Part shown: one piece after another, positions 1 to 10,325 of the stretch
Numbering within the stretch: position 1 is the first letter of the stretch
How the letters are laid out: the number at the start of each line of letters is the position of its first letter
Assembly (NCBI GenBank): GCA_040285855.1
Contig: JAUFOQ010000016.1
Span: 3,286,001-3,350,000 of the forward strand
DNA from: Eukaryota sp. GEM-RC1
Lineage: Eukaryota
Direction of reading: 5' to 3'
DNA length: 64,000 bases
Notes under the pieces: model-generated
The model's input: only the letters and a program-made list of their open reading frames with translations
The model's database searches: none
What the model was told of the DNA's origin: nothing
Made by a program: the position numbers and the translations under genes

Positions 1-2007
1 ATCTTAATAAACTCAAGTCCAATGAAGTGATTTCCATCGAAGTGAATCAGACTTATGAATCACGGTGTCATATGCTTCAAATCCTCCATCAATATGCCAT
101 CCAAGAAAACAAAGACTTTGTTCTGGCGAACAACAACAACAAAACTCGCTTCAAAATTGGGTGTGTAGATCCTAACTGTCCCTTTTTACTGAAAGCGATT
201 TCTTCTGCAGGAACAGAACCATGGGTAGTGACTTCCTTTAATGCACACAACTCTCCCTGTGAAGCTAAAATTAAGACCTCTGTTCCTCCTAAAGTAGCTG
301 CCTTAATACTGAAGGAAGAATTTAGACACTCTGGAATAGTCTCTCCTACTAGAATGCAAAGAATGTCGGAAATGCCTGTGACCCAGAACGCGTGTTCTAG
401 AATGATTAAAGAAGCTCAATTATTGCTATATGGTGATAAGCAACACTCTTACAGTCTCTTGCCAAGGTATTTCCGTCTTCTGAAGGATAAGATGCCAGGT
501 ACGGTGACTGTCATCGAGTCCGGAGATGATGGTGAATTTAGTAGATGTTTTCTTGCTTTTGAAGCATCCATCCAAGGATTTCAGTATTGTAAGCCTGTAA
601 TTGGTTTGGATGGATGTCACATCAAGAGCCAATATCTCGGTGTTATGCTTATTGCAGTTGCAATTGATGCGAATGGCCACACGTTTCCGCTTGCATTTTC
701 TGTTGTGGACACCGAAAGCACAGATACATGGACCTGGTTTCTTGACAACTTAAGACAAGTGTATGATTTATCTGATGTAACTATCATTTCTGATAGACAG
801 AAAGGTTTGATCAACGCTACCCGAAATGTTCTATCAGATATTCCTCATGCATTTTGTGTGAAGCATTTAGCCGACAACGCTAATGGAAGAGGCTCGAAAA
901 CGGCTAGACCATTCATCTTTCGTTTGGCAAAAGCTAAAAATGTTGCACAGTATGAAAACATCATGACAGAAATGGCAACAGTGTCGCAATCAGCCGCTGA
1001 TTACATCAATCGAACTGCCAATCCGGAAAATTGGGTAGAATTCATGTTCCCAGGAAACAGATGGGGCCATACCACAAGCAACGTGGTAGAATCAGTGAAT
1101 GCTGCTATTAACGAAGCACGCCAACAACCGATTGTACAAATGTTCGAAACTATTCGTGCTATGCTTGCAAGATGGTTTGTTACAAGAAGAAAGGAAGCTC
1201 GAGAAATCGCATTCCCTCTAGTACCAAGAGCATCTAAGATCTTGGAAGAAAGATTGTTGCTTGTACGAAATCTGCGTCATGTCGAAGTAGATATCAATGA
1301 ATATGAAGTTTATGATGAAGGAAGGGTATTCAACGTGAATGTGGAGGACAAAAGCTGTACGTGTTGTGATGCTAAGGAAGGAATCCCATGTTCGCATCTG
1401 CTATTGCTACTTTCTGCTACTGGTTCAAGAGGGATCGAGTACTGTGCTAATCAACACACCACGTTGTTTTATTTCCGAACGTATGAAGGGAGAATTCTCT
1501 CAGTTGATGATGTACAACTTCGTCATTACTTGCTTGATGATGATGTAGAAGGAATTGTGTCTGGTCCACCTATTGCAAAGCCAAGAGTTGGTAGACCGAA
1601 GATTGTACGGATGAAGAAAAAAGCCGAACCATCTGCTGGAAAACCTCGCAAAGATCACAGGTCTTCTGATGAGCCTCCACTAAAACGAACATATACATGT
1701 GGTAAATGTGGAGGAAAAGGTCATAGCAAGAGATCTTGTACTAGTAACTAAATAAATGTACCTGTAGTTTATATTTCAATCTGTAAGAAACTAAAGGTAT
1801 GTAAAAGAGGATACAACATGAAGTACTGTTGGGGAAGAAGAAACGGTGTATGAAATGGAATAAAGTGGAGCAATCACATCATACGTCATCAGCTCATTTG
1901 TGGTTTTTCAACATAGAGTTGAGATAATGTGGATTTTGAATTTTTTTCTTGAATCTTGGTGGATTTTGATTAAAAATATAGAACTTGGTGGATTTTGGTG
2001 TTGTCCC
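1..2007 (+). mobile_element. MULE/Mutator DNA transposon, right part; left end lies outside the window
   Basis: Ends in TTGTCCC at 2007 (GGGACAA.. terminus) after three GGATTTTG subterminal repeats (about 1931-1998). From 2008 (ATGGATTAAAAGAAG) the sequence matches the uninterrupted CRE-B copy from 8913, which fixes the boundary. Confidence 0.88.
3..1751 (+). CDS. MULE/Mutator (MuDR-type) DDE transposase, 5'-partial (frame is open to the window edge)
   Basis: Uninterrupted ORF of at least 574 aa. N-terminal CxxxxC..H (CVDPNCPF..HNSPC); catalytic IGLDGCH, IISDRQKGL and TSNVVESVN; CxxH (CVKH); SWIM finger (CTC..PCSH); C-terminal CCHC knuckle (CGKCGGKGHSKRSC). AATAAA overlaps the stop codon. 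Confidence 0.95.
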   Translation, partial: LNKLKSNEVISIEVNQTYESRCHMLQILHQYAIQENKDFVLANNNNKTRFKIGCVDPNCPFLLKAISSAGTEPWVVTSFNAHNSPCEAKIKTSVPPKVAALILKEEFRHSGIVSPTRMQRMSEMPVTQNACSRMIKEAQLLLYGDKQHSYSLLPRYFRLLKDKMPGTVTVIESGDDGEFSRCFLAFEASIQGFQYCKPVIGLDGCHIKSQYLGVMLIAVAIDANGHTFPLAFSVVDTESTDTWTWFLDNLRQVYDLSDVTIISDRQKGLINATRNVLSDIPHAFCVKHLADNANGRGSKTARPFIFRLAKAKNVAQYENIMTEMATVSQSAADYINRTANPENWVEFMFPGNRWGHTTSNVVESVNAAINEARQQPIVQMFETIRAMLARWFVTRRKEAREIAFPLVPRASKILEERLLLVRNLRHVEVDINEYEVYDEGRVFNVNVEDKSCTCCDAKEGIPCSHLLLLLSATGSRGIEYCANQHTTLFYFRTYEGRILSVDDVQLRHYLLDDDVEGIVSGPPIAKPRVGRPKIVRMKKKAEPSAGKPRKDHRSSDEPPLKRTYTCGKCGGKGHSKRSCTSN

Positions 2008-2450
2008 ATGGATTAAAAGAAGAATCTAATATCCTACTAACACAAAATTTGTTACATACATCTACTGTAGTAAAATCCATTAATGATTGACTCGATTTAA
2101 GCCACGGAGAATGTAGATCCCCTCTTTTTGATCAGTAAATTCATTTTCTGAAAGATGATTCAAAACTGTTTCAACTTTAGAGTGAAAACCATGTGCTTTA
2201 AACATGGAATAACAAGAATCACGTACACCATCATGAATTACTGCACGGAGATGAATAAAATAACGACAATTAATCAAATGACGAAAAACACCATTAGCTC
2301 CACAAGAGCACGTTGAATAGTTTAAATTTGCAGGCCAAATAGCCAAACGAAGACGCATATTGATCATCCAAGCTTCATCAGATAGATGTACTCCATACAC
2401 CTTTGGAATTTGAGAAATAAATCCAGAAGGTCCACTATTACAAAGATCTT
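2008..2450 (-). mobile_element. CRE-like retrotransposon fragment (family B), cut by the MULE insertion
   Basis: ORF 2080-2400: MRLRL..CSCG..HLINC..IHDGVRD; same as 8985-9305. Confidence 0.8.
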
Positions 2451-2628
2451 AATACAGTGTACAAGTAGCATTACGAAATAGAGTATGTGATCCAGTAATA
2501 TATCGAAACCAAAGGTGTCTTCGCTTCACCGTATATTAGGGTCCCAATACAAGCAAGGTCCCAATACAAGCAAGAAAATGTGTTTGCTTGTATAAGATAT
2601 AAAGTTGCTTGTATTGGGACACCTACGA
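2008..2628. mobile_element. Right part of Tc1/mariner-like non-autonomous element, interrupted by the MULE
   Basis: Right TIR TTGCTTGTATTGGGACACCTACGA followed by TA; matches 8913-9533. Confidence 0.8.
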
Positions 2629-3428
2629 TATATTCAAGGGACTATTTAGAATGAAAAACGACCAGCATAGATGCTCTTCTTATGTAAGGGAAGACTTCAT
2701 TCACTTGTAATCATAGTGTTCTTAGTTTGTTGAACAAGAACGCTCCGAGGCAGGAGGTACGACTCAAAATAATTTCCGAACATTTTGTTAAACAAAAGGA
2801 GTGTGATCAGATGAAGCAAAACAACGCTCTTTGAACTCATTTTATAGACCACATCATTAGAACATCACTATTATGTTGACGAAGATAGGTACAAACTGCA
2901 TTGGAAGTAAATGGGGATGGTGTATTTAGGTGGTGTATTTACTCCCTTGTTTTTTTGGTAAAAAGGAGAATGTTGTCAAAAATCTTGATGATTACTTGAT
3001 TTAAATTCAACAAGGGTTGGATAAAATGAAAGTTCTTGAAATTAGAGAGAATTATCTATTCTAAAAGTAATAGACAACAACACTACATTGTAAGGTCTTG
3101 AAATTAAAAACACTTAACGTTCTTCATGCTCTAAATTTGCTATTCTGGTTTTAATAAATTTGAAGGACAGATGTTCAGTTGCTTTGATTAACCAAATTCG
3201 ACAGATTTATGAATTGTTGTCCAAAGATCTTCAATGGATCACAACATTTTAGGACTTGCATTCATGATGCTGTCATAGATCAAATTCGTGCAATGTGTAA
3301 GTCCCACAAAATCGAATCTTTGAAATCAATAATTCAAAAATAGTGATTCTGATAAGAACGGCTGACGTCATGGTTCCATCGGTCAATGATGAACTAACGG
3401 CTGTTGATGTGATTACTAGGGGTGTACA

Positions 3429-3598
3429 AGACTCGAGTCGGACTCAGCTATTGTAAGTCTGAGTCTGAGTCCGACTCACCGTATCTGAGTCTGAGTCTGA
3501 GTCGAACTCAACTAGTCTGAGTCTGAGTCCGACTCACCGTATCTGAGTCTGAGTCTGAATCCCACTCATAATATCTGAGTCTGAGTCTGAGCTTGAGT
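3429..3598. repeat. hAT subterminal (GAGTCT)n / GACTC array, left end (present in every copy)
   Basis: Clusters of CTGAGT hexamers separated by CCGACTCACCGTAT and CGAACTCAACTAGT; a 58-bp higher-order unit varies in number between copies. Confidence 0.9.
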
Positions 3599-3642
3599 TT
3601 CACATCATAAACAATCTTTATTAAGTACATTATTAACCATTA

Positions 3643-5520
3643 TTATTCTACTGTCCACCGCTTAAGACAGACACATGCTTCAACATTTAAATCTGTTAGA
3701 CGTGATCTGTCAGGAGCCACAACTCTTCCAGCTTGTGAAAAAAAAGACTCAGAAGCTACATTAGAGGCTTGAACTGATAGTGCAATTCGAGATGTTCTTG
3801 CAAGTGTAGGGAACTTTGATTCATTAAGTTTCCACCACATCAAAGGATCTTGGTCCATTTCAATCAGTCCATCACTGAGATAGATATCAAGTTCATCTAA
3901 CTCAGTTAATTATTCTTCGTTACGAACACATACTTTTTTTTCTTGCAAGCTCTTTCATTAGAGATTTTCCTTGAGGGTTGTTCTGCGATTCTTCTGTACT
4001 TACTGCAAGACTTCCCACTTTGGATTCAATAAACTCCCTCATTGAACCCTTCAGCATCTCTTCATTCTCAATGTAACAACTTGGTAGGAAGTTCTGATTG
4101 TTTTTGAATCTAGGATCCAACACAAGACCGACATATCCTGCAAAATCGAACACACTTCTGTCACTTCGACGTCCACTGATATACTGCGTAAACTTTTCCA
4201 ACACTTTTGATGCTACGGCAGAAATAAAACCAGATTCACGTCCTTCTACAGGATCGCAAATTACTTTAAGCTTTTCCCATAATAAATTGAACAAAGTTAA
4301 ACCTACGGACACAGTAACGGTAGACCTTGAAGAACAAATTTCAGTTAACTCATAGAAATCAGATAACAAGAAGATCAACAGCTGATGAAGATCTTCTCTT
4401 TCAGAAATGGTGAGTTTCAAATGCATCAACTTGTTGTCATTGAAAATCATATGATCTACAATGTCTATCAATTGGCTGTACCTTTCTAGCATCATGAAGG
4501 ACGAATTCCATCTTGTTGAAACATCAACAATCATGGAGGAGGTTTCAAGTCCTTCCAACTTGCATCTATCAGAAATACGTTCCCTCAAGTCTGAGCTTCT
4601 GTGTGATCTGACACAAAATTCTCTAATTGTTTTGACGAAAAAGAACCCTGATCTTCAAGAAAATTTGGAGTACTTCTGAATAATTGGTTGAGGGCAAGGT
4701 GAAGAACATACGCCAAACATCTTCTATGATAAACAATACCAGGTGTACCCAATAATTCCACAAATTTTGTTAAATCAATGTTTGAGACATTGTCTGAAGT
4801 TACAGAAAAAACTTTGTTCTCAAGTTTGAACTGTTATAGAACGTTTTTAAACTAGTATGTGGATGTTTAATTAACCCACAATCAAGGGTCTTAGTTTTGA
4901 GCCCAAAATTCGTATCGATGTAATGCACAGTAACTCCCAAGAATGGAGTACCACCTTTGCTGGTCCAAATATCCAAAGTGAAATTGAGTAAAGAGTCATC
5001 CCCTTTATTAAAAACATTAAAATAAAAGAGTAAAGAGTTGTCAATCATAACTTCAAGTTCATTTCCAATACTTTCTTGTTTTTCCTTATATAGCAAAACT
5101 ATATCTCGTTGGACAGTGTTTCGGCCAATTTCTTCATAGTTGGGACACAACCAATTCCTGATTTTTTCTGAACGAAGGACGTTCCACTTCTGAAAACGGA
5201 TGACATCCATCAATGATGTATTCATTGATAAGTACACGAAGAAAGGACTGTTGTGCCTTAGTTAGTTTTTGCGGAATAGGTGAATGAGGGGACGCAAATG
5301 GCAAGATCGACTGAGTTTCAAAAGAAGGAGGAATACGATCACCCACATAGATGTTGTGGATGTTTGCAAGATGTTTTGATAGAATCGAAGAACTAGTAGA
5401 TAAAGAGAAGCTGCTTTGACAGTGATTACAAAATCTTCGGTCGGTGTTATCGACTACCATTACAGTAAAATGATCATCTCTAAAGTGTTTGGACTTCTGA
5501 CGACTTGAAGAAGATGGCAT
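3643..5520 (-). pseudogene. hAT transposase pseudogene
   Basis: BED finger (CNHC..HLANIH), TLDIWTS, VTSDN, RCLA(H/Y), DVSTRWNS, LDPRFK and dimerisation domain WW..FPTLAR..SESFFSQAG; stops and frameshifts. Confidence 0.92.
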
Positions 5521-5663
5521 TAGGTTATGGAAGACAGCAAGGTTGTTGAAGAAAGAAAAGTGACACTATAAAAATCGTAAACTTCAAGTAAATTGCTGCA
5601 ATTTTCCATTGAATGAATACCATGTTATGATTTATTATAAATAAGATAATTTTATATGAAATA

Positions 5664-5786
5664 CCTGAGTCTGAGTCTGAGTCGGACTTAAGGATTGTGA
5701 GTCTGAGTCTGAGTCTGACTCGGGGGTTGTGAGTCTTGGCCTGAGTCTGAGTCTAGACTCAGCTCGAGTCTAAACTTGAGTCGAGT
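5664..5786. repeat. hAT subterminal (GAGTCT)n array, right end (present in every complete copy)
   Basis: Three clusters of GAGTCT hexamers before the TIR. Confidence 0.9.
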
Positions 5787-6208
5787 TTTTGTACAGCCCT
5801 AGTGATTACTGTGGATGTTTGCAAAAAAAGGGCTTTTAAGGATGCTAACAATGTGTCTCCACTTAATTTTTCAGAACAATACAAGAGAATCAAATATCAT
5901 GTTCCCTTGACTACTCTCAAACATTCTAGACATGTTGAGTACGAATTATGTCCTTTTGACATTTCAATTTATGGTCGACTTGGTAAAGAAGCTCTTTGTT
6001 TTCTCTGATGTTGAGATAGTTGTAAAAAAAGAATGAACAAGAAATTTGACTTTAAGTTTTGCTTGACTTGTATTGTTCATCAAAGGATTTGGCTTACATC
6101 TAGATTGAAGACGTTTCCTTTATTGCACCTTTTGAGACTATACGAGCAATTTCTGCAGAAGCTGCCACTTTGAATGAAGAGATTGGTTTAAATCTAAATA
6201 TTGAAAAG

Positions 6209-7460
6209 AACGGATTTATGTGCGGAGAAAAACACATAATAAGATACAAATAAATAAACACTATTAAAACAAATTATCAAACGAACTACCTAATTCCGAA
6301 AAGTAGTTGCCTCCAAACAACTTGGACAAAATGGAATCAACATATCTATACATAGACTTAAAAATCGAACCGAAATTTCCAATGAAACTGCAAAAGGCTG
6401 AAAGACGATATTATTGTGTCTTCGTGAATTCAATGCAGCAACTTGATGTCCGTACTTAGACACTTTGGCGTTCTCAGCGTCTTTCAGCGGAATATTTGAG
6501 GGATTCAAAATGTTGGCAATTGCAAGGATCAACAGTCGTAAAATCAACAACAATTTCTTGGCATGACAACCAAGGGCCAATAAAATCACCACGTTTCTGA
6601 GTAGAATCAGGGTGATCTGAGAGATGAGAAAGTAATGGTTCGACTTTGCCATGGAAACCATTCGCCTTAAACATTTCCAAACATGTATCTCGAAGACTGT
6701 TGTGCAAAATTGAACGACAATATATGAACTTTGAACAATTGACCAAATGATGAAAGCTAGCCTTATGTTTGTTTTTACAGATACACGTGCTGTTCTGTAA
6801 CAAACCAAATGGCCAAAAACCTAAACGAAGTCTCATGCTAACAAGCCATTCATGATCTTTTAGATTAAAAATAAATCTCCCTGGCAATTGAGTAATGAAA
6901 GTAGATGCTGAATCACTACTCATGTCTTGTAAAAATGCACAGAAAGCGGGACTTTTAACTTTAGCCAAGCTAATGCAGTTAGTATAGTCCAAGCTCTCAT
7001 GAAAAGATACAAATTTCTTCTGAAATTTTCTAACACCAAGAGGAAGGGAAAAAAGCGTACGTTGAGGTGTTTCCGTCACAGATGCAGGGAACAAGGATTC
7101 CCAAACATCAGGGTTCATACCATCTACAAGATTTTGAAGTGATATAAGCCATTGACAAGGCGAATATCGAATGAGATCTTCATTAGACCAAAGTAAGGGA
7201 TAACGTAACTTAAATTCATACAGCAGATTCTTCAAACATCCTAAAAAGGCACCTTCACGCATATAACGAGCTTTGGAAAACCAATTCCACCAAATCTCAC
7301 AGCAGCAAATGAATGACGATGAATGGAAAGTTTTTTCGACTCTACCAGCTCTGACAAAAACTCTGTTCTCAGAGCGTTAAAACGACGAGAAAGGTCTACC
7401 GTAAGCTCAGGAGGTAACCCACGTAAAAAATGATTGACTTTACCTGCAAAACAAACTTGC
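6209..7460 (-). mobile_element. CRE-like non-LTR retrotransposon 3' fragment (family A), copy 1
   Basis: KVNHFLRG..FGGIGF thumb region, MRLRLG..CICK..HLVNC..LHNSLRD knuckle, EP..RGD..DFTTVD..KVSKY RLE; an 11-bp deletion frameshifts the RLE. Confidence 0.85.
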
Positions 7461-8052
7461 AGTGTTTGCAAAAAAAGGGCTTTTAAGGATGCTAACAATG
7501 TGTCTCCACTTGATTTTTCAGAACAATACAAGAGAAACAAATATGATGTTCCCTTGACTACTCTCAAACATTCTAGACATGTTGAGTACGAATTATGTCC
7601 TATTGCCATTTTAATTTATGGTCGACTTGGTAAAGAAGCTCTTTGTTTTCTCTGATGTTGAGATAGTTGTAAAAAAAGAACATCTAGATTGAAGAGGTTT
7701 CCTTTATTGCACCTTTTGAGACTATACGAGCATTTTCTGCAGAAGCTGACACTTTGAATGAAGAGATTGGTTTAAATCTAAATATTGAAAAGTGTTTCGT
7801 TATAGGAAAAGAACCTAATTTATTAACAATTCGTTCAATTGAAGTACCTTTTATTAATTATCTTCCTGATTTCTTGATTGTTTTTGGGGTCGGGTAAATA
7901 CAACACGTAAATACACCATCTCAGAATCTCTTCGATCCTAAATTGTGTTTATGATACATGGAGTTATACTCTACACAGTTGTACAAGTGCTACAACAAGT
8001 AAGTGATCTGATGGAGATATTCAGTACACGTTCGTGGACCTCCATTCAGTTA

Positions 8053-9533
8053 TCGTAGGTGTCCCAATACAAGCAAGGTTCCAATACAGGCAAGGTCCCA
8101 ATACAAGCAAGTAAAAGTGTTTGCTTGTATTATTCTATTGTATTCTGGATTTTGAGCGAGTTATACTTCAATACAAAGCTATTAAAATGAATTACAACGT
8201 ATGGAGCTGTGAACGAACTTCATAGTGTCCACTTGGGTGCTTACGTGTTATTGCGGATTTTTGCCCGAAGAACTCGATGGAGTTATTTAATTGATTGACA
8301 TTTGTAAAATCAGAAGCACAAAAGGGCGTATCAAAATCCAATTGGAAACAATAGGCAATAGAATCCCTGTCAATAGAACTTTGCTCCTATACAGACAAAT
8401 ATTGTGTACTTGTAGAACAAATTAAATTACTGTTATTGAAGCTTGTGTCAAATAAATGTATTGTTATAAATTTTTGTTCTGTTTAGAGAAGAGATGTTTA
8501 TTCGGCACCCAATAAGGTAACCGTCCTACAAACTATGAAATTGTAAAAACAAACAAATAATACTAAGATTAAATCCAAACGACTTCATCACCACCCGGTA
8601 AAAGATTACGTTTATCAACATTAACCTTCACACCAAACTTGTACAATTTCTCAATTAATCTAGAGAAATAGAAAGGCATATTCCGATATATGGAAAACAC
8701 TATACGGTTTTTCCATTCAGCCATTCTAAACTTACACTTCTTTTCTTTACACAATTCTTCGAAATCCTTGAAAAATTGATCACCAGCAGGACTAATAGAT
8801 CCAAAAAGAGAAACAGCAAAAGGTTGAAACACAAATTTGGAATATGAGTTTCTATTTAATTCTTCTACTTGAGAGTCATACTTGGAGTGTTTGAGCTTTT
8901 CAGCTGTTGTTAATGGATTAAAAGAAGAATCTAATATCCTACTAACACAAAATTTGTTACATACATCTACTGTAGTAAAATCCATTAATGATTGACTCGA
9001 TTTAAGCCACGGAGAATGTAGATCCCCTCTTTTTGATCAGTAAATTCATTTTCTGAAAGATGATTCAAAACTGTTTCAACTTTAGAGTGAAAACCATGTG
9101 CTTTAAACATGGAATAACAAGAATCACGTACACCATCATGAATTACTGCACGGAGATGAATAAAATAACGACAATTAATCAAATGACGAAAAACACCATT
9201 AGCTCCACAAGAGCACGTTGAATAGTTTAAATTTGCAGGCCAAATAGCCAAACGAAGACGCATATTGATCATCCAAGCTTCATCAGATAGATGTACTCCA
9301 TACACCTTTGGAATTTGAGAAATAAATCCAGAAGGTCCACTATTACAAAGATCTTAATACAGTGTACAAGTAGCATTACGAAATAGAGTATGTGATCCAG
9401 TAATATATCGAAACCAAAGGTGTCTTCGCTTCACCGTATATTAGGGTCCCAATACAAGCAAGGTCCCAATACAAGCAAGAAAATGTGTTTGCTTGTATAA
9501 GATATAAAGTTGCTTGTATTGGGACACCTACGA
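8053..9533. mobile_element. Tc1/mariner-like non-autonomous TIR element carrying the CRE-B fragment
   Basis: Perfect 24-bp TIR TCGTAGGTGTCCCAATACAAGCAA with TA on both sides; other units show the empty site CAGT-TA-TATTC (e.g. about 14900). No transposase recognised; superfamily inferred only from the TA duplication. Confidence 0.82.
8485..9355 (-). mobile_element. 5'-truncated CRE-like non-LTR retrotransposon (family B): zinc knuckle + RLE + 3' UTR
   Basis: ORFs 8985-9305 and 8569-8985 split by a homopolymer frameshift: CSCG..HLINC, RGD..DFTTVD..KHSKY..FQPFAVSLFG..WKNRIVF. Boundaries approximate; no TSD seen. Confidence 0.82.
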
Positions 9534-10325
9534 TATATTCAAGGGACTATTTAGAATGAAAAACGACCAGCATAGATGCTCTTCTTATGTAAGGGAAGAC
9601 TTCATTCACTTGTAATCATAGTGTTCTTAGTTTGTTGAACAAGAACGCTCCGAGGCAGGAGGTACGACTCAAAATAATTTCCGAACATTTTGTTAAACAA
9701 AAGGAGTGTGATCAGATGAAGCAAAACAACGCTCTTTGAACTCATTTTATAGACCACATCATTAGAACATCACTATTATGTTGACGAAGATAGGTACAAA
9801 CTGCATTGAAGTAAATGGGGATGGTGTATTTCGGTGGTGTATTTACCCACTCCCTTGTTTTTTTTGGTAAAAAGGAGAATGTTGTCAAAAATCTTGATGA
9901 TTACTTGATTTAAATTCAACAAGGGTTGGATAAAATGAAAGTTCTTGAAATTAGAGAGAATTATCTATTCTAAAAGTAATAGACAACAACACTACATTGT
10001 AAGGTCTTGAAATTAAAAACACTTAACGTTCTTCATGCTCTAAATTTGCTATTCTGGTTTTAATAAATTTGAAGGACAGATGTTCAGTTGCTTTGATTAA
10101 CCAAATTCGACAGATTTATGAATTGTTGTCCAAAGATCTTCAATGGATCACAACATTTTAGGACTTGCATTCATGATGCTGTCATAGATCAAATTCGTGC
10201 AATGTGTAAGTCCCACAAAATCGAATCTTTGAAATCAATAATTCAAAAATAGTGATTCTGATAAGAACGGCTGACGTCATGGTTCCATCGGTCAATGATG
10301 AACTAACGGCTGTTGATGTGATTAC

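Larger units (their letters stand above)
3417..5801 (-). mobile_element. hAT DNA transposon, copy 1 (type A end)
   Basis: TIRs TAGGGGTGTACAA / TTGTACAGCCCTA, 8-bp TSD GTGATTAC (3409-3416, 5802-5809), (GAGTCT)n subterminal repeats, hAT transposase remnant. Confidence 0.95.
7886..9854. mobile_element. Merlin-like TIR element interrupted by the Tc1/mariner-like element
   Basis: ~37-bp imperfect TIRs GGGGTCGGGTAAATACAACACGTAAATACACCATC / GATGGTGTATTT..GTGGTGTATTTACCCACTCCC; TTGTTTTT on both sides. Confidence 0.7.

Noticed and set aside
2629..3416. Spliced-leader RNA, tRNA or rRNA gene as the tandem target of the CRE-like elements
   Set aside because: No recognisable RNA gene; the interval is explained by the Merlin-like element and family C remnants. 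A covariance-model (Rfam) search was not possible here.
3429..3598. Repeat-spacer look of the GAGTCT clusters as a CRISPR array or telomeric repeat
   Set aside because: Spacers are 14 bp and recur identically, there are no cas genes, and the repeats lie only just inside hAT TIRs.
4098..4679. Recurrent plus-strand ORFs (85 aa and 63-72 aa) and small ORFs inside the MULE
   Set aside because: Antisense or alternate-frame shadows of transposase genes; they recur only because the DNA is repeated.
3920..5237. Programmed frameshifting or phase variation at A/T homopolymers
   Set aside because: One-base differences are scattered over many runs and copies, typical of long-read consensus error or slippage, and shared stops remain regardless.
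7241..7655. ORFs spanning the CRE-A / CRE-C junction as novel fusion genes
   Set aside because: Chance read-through across a rearrangement junction; half of each is antisense to a TE remnant and the frames differ between copies.
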